A DNA stretch of 38,730 nt, from positions 1 through 38,730 of the forward strand of contig RBNJ01000157.1 in assembly GCA_003990765.1 (NCBI GenBank), read 5' to 3'. The notes below the pieces were generated by a model that did no database searches, was not told where the DNA came from, and worked only from the letters and a program-made list of their open reading frames with translations. The position numbers and the translations under genes are program-made. Source of the DNA: Jimgerdemannia flammicorona. Its lineage: Eukaryota. Below, one piece after another: positions 14,479 through 24,449 of this stretch (position 1 is its first letter; each line of letters begins with the position of its first letter).

Positions 14479-15970
14479 GACGGAGATGAAAGTGAAATTG
14501 GTGCTTCCAACTTTTGGGTTCCATCTTTTATAAGTTGGTGTCGAAAAAATAGCGAAAACAGGAAAGGGGGCGATTAAGGTTTGACAGTCACGGCGGCGCT
14601 CAGACGTTCGCATCGTCATCCTTGGATACACCAGTCTAATTTTAGTCCGATGGAGATGCCAAGAAATTTTACGTCGATCTTTGTATATCCTTTCATGTGC
14701 GTGGTGCCCGAGATTCCCCACCTATGAAGGCTTTATTAGCGTGCGAAAGATGGAATAGGCGTAGTAGCGAATATCTTGTTTTTGACAGATTTATGTCTTG
14801 TAGCGTAAAAAAACATATCAGAAGCGATTGCTCTTGATGGTTGCTACGTGACAACGGCAAGCCCCTGAACTCCTTAAATCTTTTCGAGGATTGCTTTTAA
14901 AGGAATTGACCACATTCGAAAAGTTGGTTTTTGCAAGAAGCTCACATATAATTATATTTGATTTTACAAATGCGGAACGGCCAGGAGCATCATCCCTCAG
15001 TATTTCTTTGTAAATATCAAGAACCAGGATTCATAAAGAAGCTCGGCTATTGTGACGAAGATTCACTCGCAGCTGAAATGAAATTGGATGGTCGCTAACG
15101 ATAGTTGGGCTTGCTTTGCCAAGGCAGAACGGAAGGAATATGAAGAATGGTTTTGTTGAATCCCAGCTTATCGTTCCATCTTCTGATGTAATGTTTCTCT
15201 CGAAACGGACGCACCGGCACCTCCAGGAACATGGATGCGATCCCACTTTGTTCTGCATTGGTAGCGAGATATGTCGTGACCTATAACGCTCTAGCATGGT
15301 TAGGGCATGGTTACGTAAGGACGTAAGGAAAGTTTATGATTCCATCTCGCCTGTGTAGCCTGATGGGCGCCTGATGGACGCGAAAGTCATCTTCCGCGGA
15401 CCACAACGTGGAGGCGCAAACCAGCCAAGAATAATGACGACGGTAAGTAACACTTACTAAGACCGTGATGGTTTGGACTTTGCACATTGCCTTAGGAACC
15501 TTTCTCGAATTTGATGGACGCGTGCAACATGTCCCAGTTCATTGACAAACCCAGCCAAATTTCACGGTAAGCGTTTACGATTACTTCTATCATGCCGGTA
15601 AGTTGCAATCGAGTTGTAGGACGTGGGAGGAATGCACATTGCTCATTTGATCACATTTTCGTGTGCCGATTTGTTACATGTAATTACGAAGCAGACTCCG
15701 ACAAGCGTGAGGAGTAAATACGTCAATATCATGGGTTTGTTTAACAATAGTGACCACCCCTATCTCGATGGCCTGGGACTTTTATGACGTTGACAATGCA
15801 GCTCCTTGTATATGCGTGTATGCAGATCACTATGGGTATATCACAAATGTTTATTGTTATTTTCATTCATTCACCATAGATAAAGCAGGGTACAAGCTGA
15901 AATGTTGAATGTTGAAACACTTTATAACGCCTATTATTGGTATACTATAAAATGCTCGCTCACACATGGC

Positions 15971-17161
15971 TCATAGAGAGAAAACAAAGCAAACGAAAGC
16001 AGCCGCGAAAGCAGCAATCAATGCACTAGAACCAGAAGCATTTGGCGCCGCTGCATTCTTGGACGAAGAATTAGCCGACAAACCGCCGGCGCTGATGGAG
16101 GGGGAGGCGGAGGTGATGTTGCTTGTGGACGAGGTGGTGCTGCCATTAATAGGTAACGAGTTTGGTTGCAGGGCGGTGTTATTGATGGTGGGGAAGATGA
16201 TATTTTCGGTGTACGGGTGCTGTTCGTTGGTGCAAGATGCGACGGGCATGACTTTGTACGCCTTTTGGAGGGCGGGCAAATTCTTGATTGCCTCATTGAC
16301 GGTGATGTTGTTGAGCTCATGCTGCAGGCAGATGTGACCAGTAGTGTCATTCGACACCCCGGCGATCCACTTGGCGAACGAGGCGTCCTCGGTAGCCGTG
16401 GTGACCTGGGAGCCTGCAGTGCCAATCGTCCAATCGTTGGTGTCCAGGTCCCAGATGATGGGGGTGAACCCGAGGGACTCAGCGATGAAGCGAACGCGGT
16501 CGTCGAAGTCGCCAGTGGGCGGGCGGAAGTAGCGAGGGGTGATGCCGCAAACTTCCTTGATGATGGTCGCGGTCCACATGAGTTCGGCAACAATCTGCTC
16601 ATTCGTTAGCGTGGTCAGCGGGTGATGTGACCAGGTGTGAACCCCAATCTGGTGACCCGCCGCACAGCCCTTCTGTGCGATCGACGGGTACTGCGCGACC
16701 ATGATGCCGATGTAGAAAAGCGTTGCTTTCTGGTTGCTCTGAGCCAAGAAATCGTAGAGTTTGGAGCCGTCGGGGGTCGGGCCGTCGTCGAACGTGAGGC
16801 CCCACACACCTTTGTCGGGGCATATACGCACGTCGCTGGGCCGAGAACAGGTGTCAAAACTCCAGTCGCAGTACGGGTTTTGACCAACTGCATACGGATC
16901 GATTAAGGCACTAGTTGTAGCGTTGAGCGCGATTATGGGAGCCGGGGGTATGAGTGTCTTGTTGATGCTAGCGTACCAGGCCACGACCTCAGAGCTGTTG
17001 GTAGGGGGTACAGCCCAACGTCCCAGAGAATCAAAAAGCGCAGGATAAGTTCGCTGCCAGTTGAAGTTGTTGGGGTATACGGGATACGTGGTGTTGGTCT
17101 GAGCTGATGTGCTGGCGACCAACAGCCCGATGATGCTAGCGATAGTGATTTTGGATGGCAT
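15971..17161 (-). CDS. CE4 (NodB-domain) chitin deacetylase, secreted and GPI-anchored, single exon
   Basis: All CE4 motifs: LTFDDGP, HTWSH, RYFRPPTG, WDLDTNDW, ICLQHE. Signal peptide, Ser/Thr-rich stalk and hydrophobic C-terminus ALIAAFAAAFVCFVFSL. Confidence 0.95.
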   Translation of the reverse strand: MPSKITIASIIGLLVASTSAQTNTTYPVYPNNFNWQRTYPALFDSLGRWAVPPTNSSEVVAWYASINKTLIPPAPIIALNATTSALIDPYAVGQNPYCDWSFDTCSRPSDVRICPDKGVWGLTFDDGPTPDGSKLYDFLAQSNQKATLFYIGIMVAQYPSIAQKGCAAGHQIGVHTWSHHPLTTLTNEQIVAELMWTATIIKEVCGITPRYFRPPTGDFDDRVRFIAESLGFTPIIWDLDTNDWTIGTAGSQVTTATEDASFAKWIAGVSNDTTGHICLQHELNNITVNEAIKNLPALQKAYKVMPVASCTNEQHPYTENIIFPTINNTALQPNSLPINGSTTSSTSNITSASPSISAGGLSANSSSKNAAAPNASGSSALIAAFAAAFVCFVFSL

Positions 17162-17255
17162 AGCTATTGAGAAGGATGTCCGAAAGAGATGTGTGTGATG
17201 ACGATTCGTTGTTGGTCTCCATGGAGTAGATATTTATATGTGTATTTTTTTTGAT

Positions 17256-17287
<32 letters not shown>

Positions 17288-17764
17288 GAATTAACTCGGA
17301 ATAGATTTTTAACGCCCAAAATCTACTTATGGAATGGTAGCGCAATTTTAGTTAGATTTTAGTGCTCAGGTTTGCCTACATATGCAACAAACTTTCCTTC
17401 GTCAGAAATGTAATTTTAGTTTGATATTAATATTTTCAAGCGAGACTGATCAACTTTAATGATCGGCGTAGATTGAACCCGTGTATGAGGGACACCAATC
17501 CTCAGGTTGTGAGCCTAATCCATCATGGCCGTTGTCATCGTGGCATTTCGCTCAGACAATGTTACGGAGCTTGCCCAGAGGGCCACGGTACTCGCATAAA
17601 TTTCTGCGTTGTCAAGTTCATGAAATCACGCGTACATAGTTGAGACCAGCACTTTTGGATACAAAACCCCTCTTTTACTATGACGATACATTGTGCAACA
17701 ATTTATTTATTAAAATCCCCTTTAGAAATTGTAGAAGTCACATTCTTATTCATTCTATTGGCTT

Positions 17765-17814
17765 AAGATTCACCATGCGGGTCGGGGAAGATTCACCATG
17801 CGGGTCGGGGAAGA
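17765..17814. repeat. Perfect 23-bp tandem duplication (AAGATTCACCATGCGGGTCGGGG x2, then AAGA)
   Basis: Units at 17765-17787 and 17788-17810. Confidence 0.9.
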
Positions 17815-19432
17815 AAGGGGTTAATTGGATCACACGATGTGCCGTCGCTCCGCACTCCGAAGTCGGGGGTTCGGGGGTCGGGGATAGTGGAGACACCAGT
17901 ATTGTGCAATGTAGTCACTGACGGCTTTTACCCTCTTTGATCAGCCACTCAAAGTATGCCTTACAGCAATGTAGTGGGTCAAAAAGCAGATCATCGAAAA
18001 CACTGACTTTATTTTCTCTCCTCGACTCGGATCCTTTAAAAAATCCATAACACATGAAAGAGACGACGATTCCGGGGGTTTCGCGCTTCTGTACATGGCT
18101 AAGGATGGCGTGTGAGTCGAATTTTATCTGCCGCCGAGTTTGCCTATAAGCATGCCATTCATTTGACTTCGACAGTCCGTTCCAGGCTTCAAAGCGGCTT
18201 CACCCTTTTTCTGAAGACCACCTACGTATCTCTTTCTGCACTCAATGTTCAGTGCAAGCCGTATCCACAGAGCTTTGGAGGTTCGTGTGACTGGCAAGAC
18301 TCTGCCTACTGCCGACAGGTCTCATCTGACGCTTCACATTCACAAAAGAAAGCATGCCAAGTCCACGACTGCCGTTTCAACGAGAGAGAACTATTTTTTA
18401 TTTTGTCAGGCACCAGGTCCAGTTTTTTCTTTGTTCCATCACCATCCGTGCTAGATGTATTCCTGTTCGTAGCACTCGGTTTTGTATCGCCCAGTTCGTT
18501 ACATAAAACGGAACTATGTGAATAATTCTTTTCTCTCTTTCTTTTTCCAGAATCGTCACTCCTCCATCGTTTCTATTTTGTTTCATCGTACTCACAGTTA
18601 GAGACCGGGTCGCCAAACGGCCACCAATGTCCTGATAAAAGTTTTCTGTAACGAGATTTCTTGCCTTTTGTCTCGTGTTCGAGACAAAAGCAAGAGATAT
18701 TCCTCGTGTCTCGGACAAGCCGTCAGCTGCAAGCTACACTGCACCTGTAGCTGCCACGTTACAACTTATCTTCCCAACGGACGACTTCCATCGCATAAAC
18801 ACCATGTGTGACAATGCACGTGGCGATAAACTCAAGGTCTTTTGTTTATGCACACAAAGCGATCATTTGGGCCTCGTGCCGAAGCATGTAATGCAACCGC
18901 GCAATTAAGGGGAATCCAGAATTTGACATCTTTGATAGTCACCCAGCAATCGCTGGAAGTGGTGAACGATGATCGTTTGGATAAATTTGGCAGATTCTTG
19001 TTTCGGCTAAGATGGCTTTTGAGACTCCGTAGAGACGTGAATTCGTAGAAGTGAAACATTTCTTGGAAGGAGGGGTGCGTGTGTGTACCTTACAGGTTCA
19101 TTTCCAGGAGCTGGACATCAGTCGATTATGGAAAGATAATTCCTTTAGCAATTGAAATTCTGTGGGGATTTGGGGAAGGTCAGGAAAAGAGTCAGAGTTC
19201 CGAGAATGAGCGTGTCAAAGCAGCAAAATGGAGCATGAGTCACATCACATACTTGGGGTTAGACAGATGAGACATGGTGATTGGATTGCGTGAAAAGTGA
19301 GCAGGTTTGCTAAGCAGGTATATACGCGCTGACATGTGTCTTTGGAGACTCCACACTTATCAATTTCGAATGCCAGAGTTTGTCAACCGAATTCATCTTT
19401 GCTTCTGACTCTCTATTTTCTTCCCTTCCGTA

Positions 19433-20599
19433 ATGACCCCAAACATCGAGTCCGAGCAAACCGTTACTCAGAGGAAGGTCGGCGAAAAGGTAGTATACGA
19501 GCGCGATTGGCAGCTCCCAGAGTTCACCATCAAAGAGATCAGAGACGCTATCCCCGCCCACTGCTTCAAGAGGGATACCCTGCGCTCTTTCGGCCATCTC
19601 GCCCACGACCTCGTCATCATCGCCATCCTCGCTTATGCCGCAACGTTCATCGATGCCCTCCCAGAAGCCTACCGGTATGTCCTTTGGCCCCTCTACTGGG
19701 TTGCGCAGGGCATAGTTTCCACCGGCATCTGGGTTATCGCCCATGAGTGCGGCCACCAAGCCTTCTCCCCCTCCAAATTTATCAACAACTCCGTTGGATG
19801 GGTCCTCCACTCTGCCCTCTTGGTTCCCTACCACTCGTGGCGCATCTCCCATTCCCGCCACCATAAGGCTACCGGACACTTGACCAAGGACCAAGTCTTC
19901 GTCCCGTCCACCCGCAGCAAATTAGATCTCCCACCTAAGGACCAGGACCCCGAAGACGGTATGCACCACAGCATGTTCGACGAGGCGCCCATCACGACCC
20001 TGTTAAAATTCGCGATCATGTTCTCTGGCGGCTGGCAGGCCTACCTCCTCGTCAACTCTACCGGCCAGGACTACGGCCGCTGGACCTCCCACTTCCACAC
20101 TTCTTCGCCGATTTTTGAACCACATCAATTTTGGGATGTGATCGTCTCCGTTGTTGGCATTATCGGCATGCTCTCAATCCTTGCCTACAGCTCCATCGTC
20201 TTTAGTCCCTTGGCCGTCGCGAAGTATTACATTATTCCTTACATGATGGTCAACTTCTGGTTGATCCTCATCACCTTTCTGCAGCACACCGACCCAGCCC
20301 TGCCGCACTACCGTGAGGCGGTCTGGAACTTCCAGCGCGGCGCAGCTCTGACGATTGATCGGTCGTACGGCTGGTTGCTGAACTACTTTCATCACCACAT
20401 CGCCGACACCCACGTGGCGCATCACTTCTTCTCGCAAATGCCGCATTACCACGCGGAGGAGGCGACGAGCCACATCAAGAAAGTTTTGGGCAAGGCGTAC
20501 GTCAACGACGACACGCCCATCCCAATCGCGCTGTGGAGGAGTTACACGCAGTGCAAGTTCGTGGAGGATGAAGGTGACGTCGTGTTCTTCCAGCACTAG
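19433..20599 (+). CDS. FAD2: Delta-12 (omega-6) fatty acid desaturase, single exon
   Basis: FTIKEIRDAIPAHCF N-terminus, His boxes HECGH, HSRHH and HVAHH, ITFLQHTD, and FVEDEGDVVFF C-terminus. Delta-12 versus delta-15 activity cannot be settled from sequence alone. Confidence 0.92.
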   Translation: MTPNIESEQTVTQRKVGEKVVYERDWQLPEFTIKEIRDAIPAHCFKRDTLRSFGHLAHDLVIIAILAYAATFIDALPEAYRYVLWPLYWVAQGIVSTGIWVIAHECGHQAFSPSKFINNSVGWVLHSALLVPYHSWRISHSRHHKATGHLTKDQVFVPSTRSKLDLPPKDQDPEDGMHHSMFDEAPITTLLKFAIMFSGGWQAYLLVNSTGQDYGRWTSHFHTSSPIFEPHQFWDVIVSVVGIIGMLSILAYSSIVFSPLAVAKYYIIPYMMVNFWLILITFLQHTDPALPHYREAVWNFQRGAALTIDRSYGWLLNYFHHHIADTHVAHHFFSQMPHYHAEEATSHIKKVLGKAYVNDDTPIPIALWRSYTQCKFVEDEGDVVFFQH

Positions 20600-20871
20600 A
20601 CTAAATAGATGGATGGCGGTTGTAGGGAACATGGCCTAAGTTGCTCGGCTGTTTTGGGGTCGAACAATGTTTCTTTTCTTTTACCTAAACAACGATCCGT
20701 TACCTAGCTCTAAGCATATATACACGAGATGTAACGGCAGATAGTTACTTGTGGATAATATTGAAAAATACACTGACGTAATCTGTCTTCGGCTAAAGAC
20801 GAATTTCCTAATTTGCATACCATTTTCTGAATGCCACTTTTCAAGGCGTCGTGATACATATATATATATAT

Positions 20872-21193
20872 TGTCACGTAGTGGTCGCTGAGTCCTTCAA
20901 ATATATCAGATTCTCTTCAAGGTGTATCTCTTAGACTAACTACAAGTTTGTTATAAGCAAGTTCTTATTGGAGTGCCTTCCCAAGGTCTTATAGTCCTCA
21001 AACTTCTTATCTTTAAACTGTCTTGTCATCTCTTAGATTGCTTGCATGGAATTGAGTATAAGTGAACTTGACTGACTTTATTTCAAAGGAAATAAGAGGG
21101 CTATTTATACAAAATATAATTCAATAGTTACTAAGATATAAGGCTAAATATAAATTCCAATAACCAAATAAAATACTGGAACACAGAAAACTT
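20872..21193 (-). mobile_element. 3' part of an LTR of the same family as the 22.8-31.6 kb gypsy, inverted and truncated
   Basis: Reverse complement matches about 24038-24396 (e.g. ACAGTTTAAAGATAAGAAGTTTGAGGACTATAAGACCTT and TTTCCTTTGAAATAAAGTCAGT). Ends ...CTACGTGACA next to a (TA)n run. Confidence 0.9.
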
Positions 21194-22508
21194 GTTTCAG
21201 ACATTCTTTACCACTCTACAGTATTTTGCCATCATTTTCAAGCAATGAAAAAGCTTTCCATCGACATTTGTAACCACATCATCCACTTACTGCAATCTGG
21301 TTTATCTACACACAAGATTGCCAAAGAAATCAATTTGAGTGCGATGACAGTAAACCACGTAAAAATGGTGTATTGCAACAATATTCCTTCATCAAAAGGT
21401 GGTTGTCCAGCTATGTTTTCAGCCTGGGATGAAGTATGGATCACCCACCAAGTTACAATTGGCAAAGCAGATAATGCCACCAGAGTTGTAAAAACCCTTC
21501 AAGAAAGTAGCAAAAAGGTGAGCCTTAGTATGGTAAAATGAATGCTCCAAAAGGCCAGCCTCAAAGTATACATGAAGCAAAAGAAACCACTTTTGCTACC
21601 TCACCACATAAAGGCACACTATGAATTTGCCATGAAATACAAGCATTGGATAGTTGCTGACTGGAAAATCATTGTGTTTTCTGATGAAATGAAGATTAAC
21701 TGTTTGGGCTCTAATAGACGTGAATGGATATAGCATAAATCGGGTGGTGGTGGGGAGCTTCAACCGAACCAGGTGACTGGAATGCTAAAATTCAGTAGCA
21801 GATTGTTAATGCTTTGGGAATGTATGATATATAAGGGCATTGGATATATATGCCAAATTGAAGGCCAAATGAATGCTGAATTATATACTAGTATTCTTGG
21901 TAATGAATTGCTTCGAATAATCAAGTATTACAAACTTAATCAAAAAAAGATCACCTTCTAACAGGATAATGATTCCAAACACACGTCCAAAATAGTGCGT
22001 GAATAGTTCAAAAACAACTCTATCCACATATTAGACTGGCCAGTGCAATCGCCAGACTTCAACCCCATCGAACATTTATAGTGTAAACTTAAAAAATGGT
22101 TGAATACATATGACGAACCACCTGAAGGAATACTGGAATTATAGGAGTGTGTATAGCATATATGGAATAATATTCCTAAAGATATTTATATTAAATTAAT
22201 TAAAAGTATGCCCAGGTACATTGCAGCAGTATATAAAGCCAAAGGTAGATATGTTAAATACTAAATAAAAATAAATAAGAGGTTTGGATGGCCAAGAGGG
22301 TCAAAACTATAACAATGGTAATATAACTTAAAATGGTTATATTAATGTCTATATTTATCCAAATAAAATAAAAAATATACCATTTAAAAGCTGAGATACT
22401 ATATTATTAATGGTAAAAATTTGGATTTTATTATATTTATATTGAAGCTATAATATAATTATATATAAAAAATAACTAAACATTGTTACAGTTTTGGCTG
22501 TCACTGTA
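21194..22508 (+). mobile_element. Tc1/mariner DNA transposon (DD34E); right TIR and TA present, left end lost
   Basis: Right end ...GTTACAGTTTTGGCTGTCACTG|TA at 22506-22508 (CAGT-type TIR). Contains the transposase at 21245-22264. Confidence 0.9.
21245..22264 (+). pseudogene. Tc1-like transposase pseudogene, 340 codons in one frame with several nonsense codons
   Basis: HTH N-terminus, KKPLL, IVFSDE, QDNDSKHTS, WPVQSPDFNPIEHL and SMPR..AV.KAKG. There are 34 residues between the second D and E. No frameshift; the stops are explicable by C>T or G>A changes. Confidence 0.93.
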
Positions 22509-22802
22509 TCTCTTTCTCCACTATCATACTGATCACAAGGTTTTGATAGACAATCTTCTGAGTTTCTTTTCTATAACTTATTTTCTCTCTATTTTAGATT
22601 GGTTTGTTATATCTATTGCAGAACAGTAAAAAGGAGGCAATAGTAATAAGTTGCCCCTTTATCAGTATCAAATTGATACTTTCTCTACTTTTTTATAGTT
22701 TCTGATACCTCTGGCTATATTTGAAGTATACTTATTTTGATATAACACTTTTTTTCTTTTACTATCATTAATAAGATATTATTATAGTATATTATAAACT
22801 AT
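22509..22802. repeat. Repeat X, left piece (host element split by the gypsy insertion)
   Basis: Aligns with about 37589-37880 and continues at 31644 after the gypsy element. Confidence 0.8.
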
Positions 22803-24396
22803 TATAATAGAGATCTTGGAATGGTGACATTATTACAGAAAACAGTCTTTCCTTATAAGCTACCAGATTAGAGCATAAGAAGATCATATGGTATGACTTA
22901 CTCAGACTACAAGATGAGCAATAATGACTAACTATGAGTCATAATGATCACAAGATAGATATCTCAAAGAATATAAAAGAAGGACCAGAAAACTACAGTA
23001 GTAGTAACTCTAATAAAAACTCACAAAAATCTAAAATAGTTCAAAAGACTCACTATAAATAAAATGTCTATTGCTCACCAAACTGTAAGGTCTAGGAACT
23101 ATCAAGGCTTCTCAGTCCAAGAAAGGATATTCCAAGATATCAGGAGAACTATAAGAACCCATACTAGAAGAATTCCTAGCCTCAACTTAGGCACTAGTGA
23201 TCCTTATCACTTTACTCTCTACTATTATAAAATAGAGACAAGGATCACTATTACTATTGAATATCTCTAGATGTAGCAGAAATATGAAATAAGAAATCTC
23301 CTCTACTAGAAATTCCCTCAGGTCAGTCTCTAAAAGATAAAATACTATCTCTATAGATATATATAAATTGAGAGTAGCTAAAAAGATTCATCAGATCTTT
23401 AGGTATATATATATCTTAGTCAATTCTCAACTTGAAGTATATCAGAGTCTCAGACTTTAAGGAATTATCAGCCTACTATATAGATATACTAGAAGCTATA
23501 GTGGCCACAGAAGCTCAATCTACTATTACTCTCAAAAGTGATGAGATAGAAGAGTTCTGGAATCCCATTCTCAAGAATAATCCAGATCAATTTCTGCAAG
23601 AATTAATCTCAGTATTTCAAGGCCCCAGTATTCATGTCAGACCCCCTCAAGATTCTATCTTTGTCTCCTACTTTATAGAGGAAAATATCATAGATTGAAG
23701 AGCCCCTGATCTCTTTTCTGCTGCTATTGAATATGATGATATCACTAGTGATAATATCATCTCACTAATTGACACATATGAAATAAATGAAACAGAAATA
23801 TTTGCTGACCATATTTTCTTCAAAGACATCCTGTCCCTAACCTCTAGCCTTAATGATAGTAATAAAGATAAAGTCTCCAGAATTCTGAACATTCTACTTT
23901 AATTTATTTATATAACTATTTGTTTGAACACTTGAATATTCTAGCATCCTGATCTTATATAACTGTCAGAAATTATTTCAGCATTCTGATCTTATATAAT
24001 CAATTATATAGATACTTAAATTTGTACTTACAACCTGAAGTTTTCTGTATTCAAATATCTTATTTGATTATTAGATTTTATATTTAGCTTTATATCTTAG
24101 CCATTATTGAATTACATTCTATATAAATACTCCTCTCATTTCCTTTGAAATAAAGTCAGTATTAAAATACTTAAGTATTTAAGTATCTAATTACTTAAGA
24201 GTACAAAAGTTCTAGTTCTCTACTCAATTCTATATAAGTAAATCCAAGAGACAATAGAACAGTTTAAAGATAAGAAGTTTGAGGACTATAAGACCTTAGA
24301 AAAGTACTCTAATAGAACTTGCTTATAAGAAATTTATAGTTGATCTAAGAGATATACTTTAATATATTTAGAGAACTTAGTACTTACTATGTGACA
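22803..24396 (+). repeat. 5' LTR (1594 bp)
   Basis: TATAAT(from TGTAAC)...GTGACA termini, colinear with 30074-31643. TATA box at about 24120-24129 and AATAAA at 24149-24154. Confidence 0.93.
23064..23902 (+). pseudogene. LTR-embedded ORF of unknown function, 5' LTR copy
   Basis: ATG at 23064 (MSIAHQTVRSRNYQGF...) to TAA at 23900-23902. Two small frameshifts relative to the 3' LTR copy. ORF-track pieces 23064-23270 and 23432-23698 are parts of it. Confidence 0.65.
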
Positions 24397-24449
24397 ACTT
24401 AGTATCCATTAGCTGATAATATTATTAAGATCTCTCACTTTCAAGCTGA

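Noticed and set aside
15971..20599. Intronless CDA and FAD2 as bacterial HGT or retrocopies
   Set aside because: Both have typical fungal architecture (GPI tail, ER-type desaturase) and host-like codon usage. No poly(A) or TSD is seen.
24397..24415. Assigning the primer tRNA from the PBS
   Set aside because: The sequence TAGTATCCATTAGC is too mutated to assign a tRNA without a family consensus.
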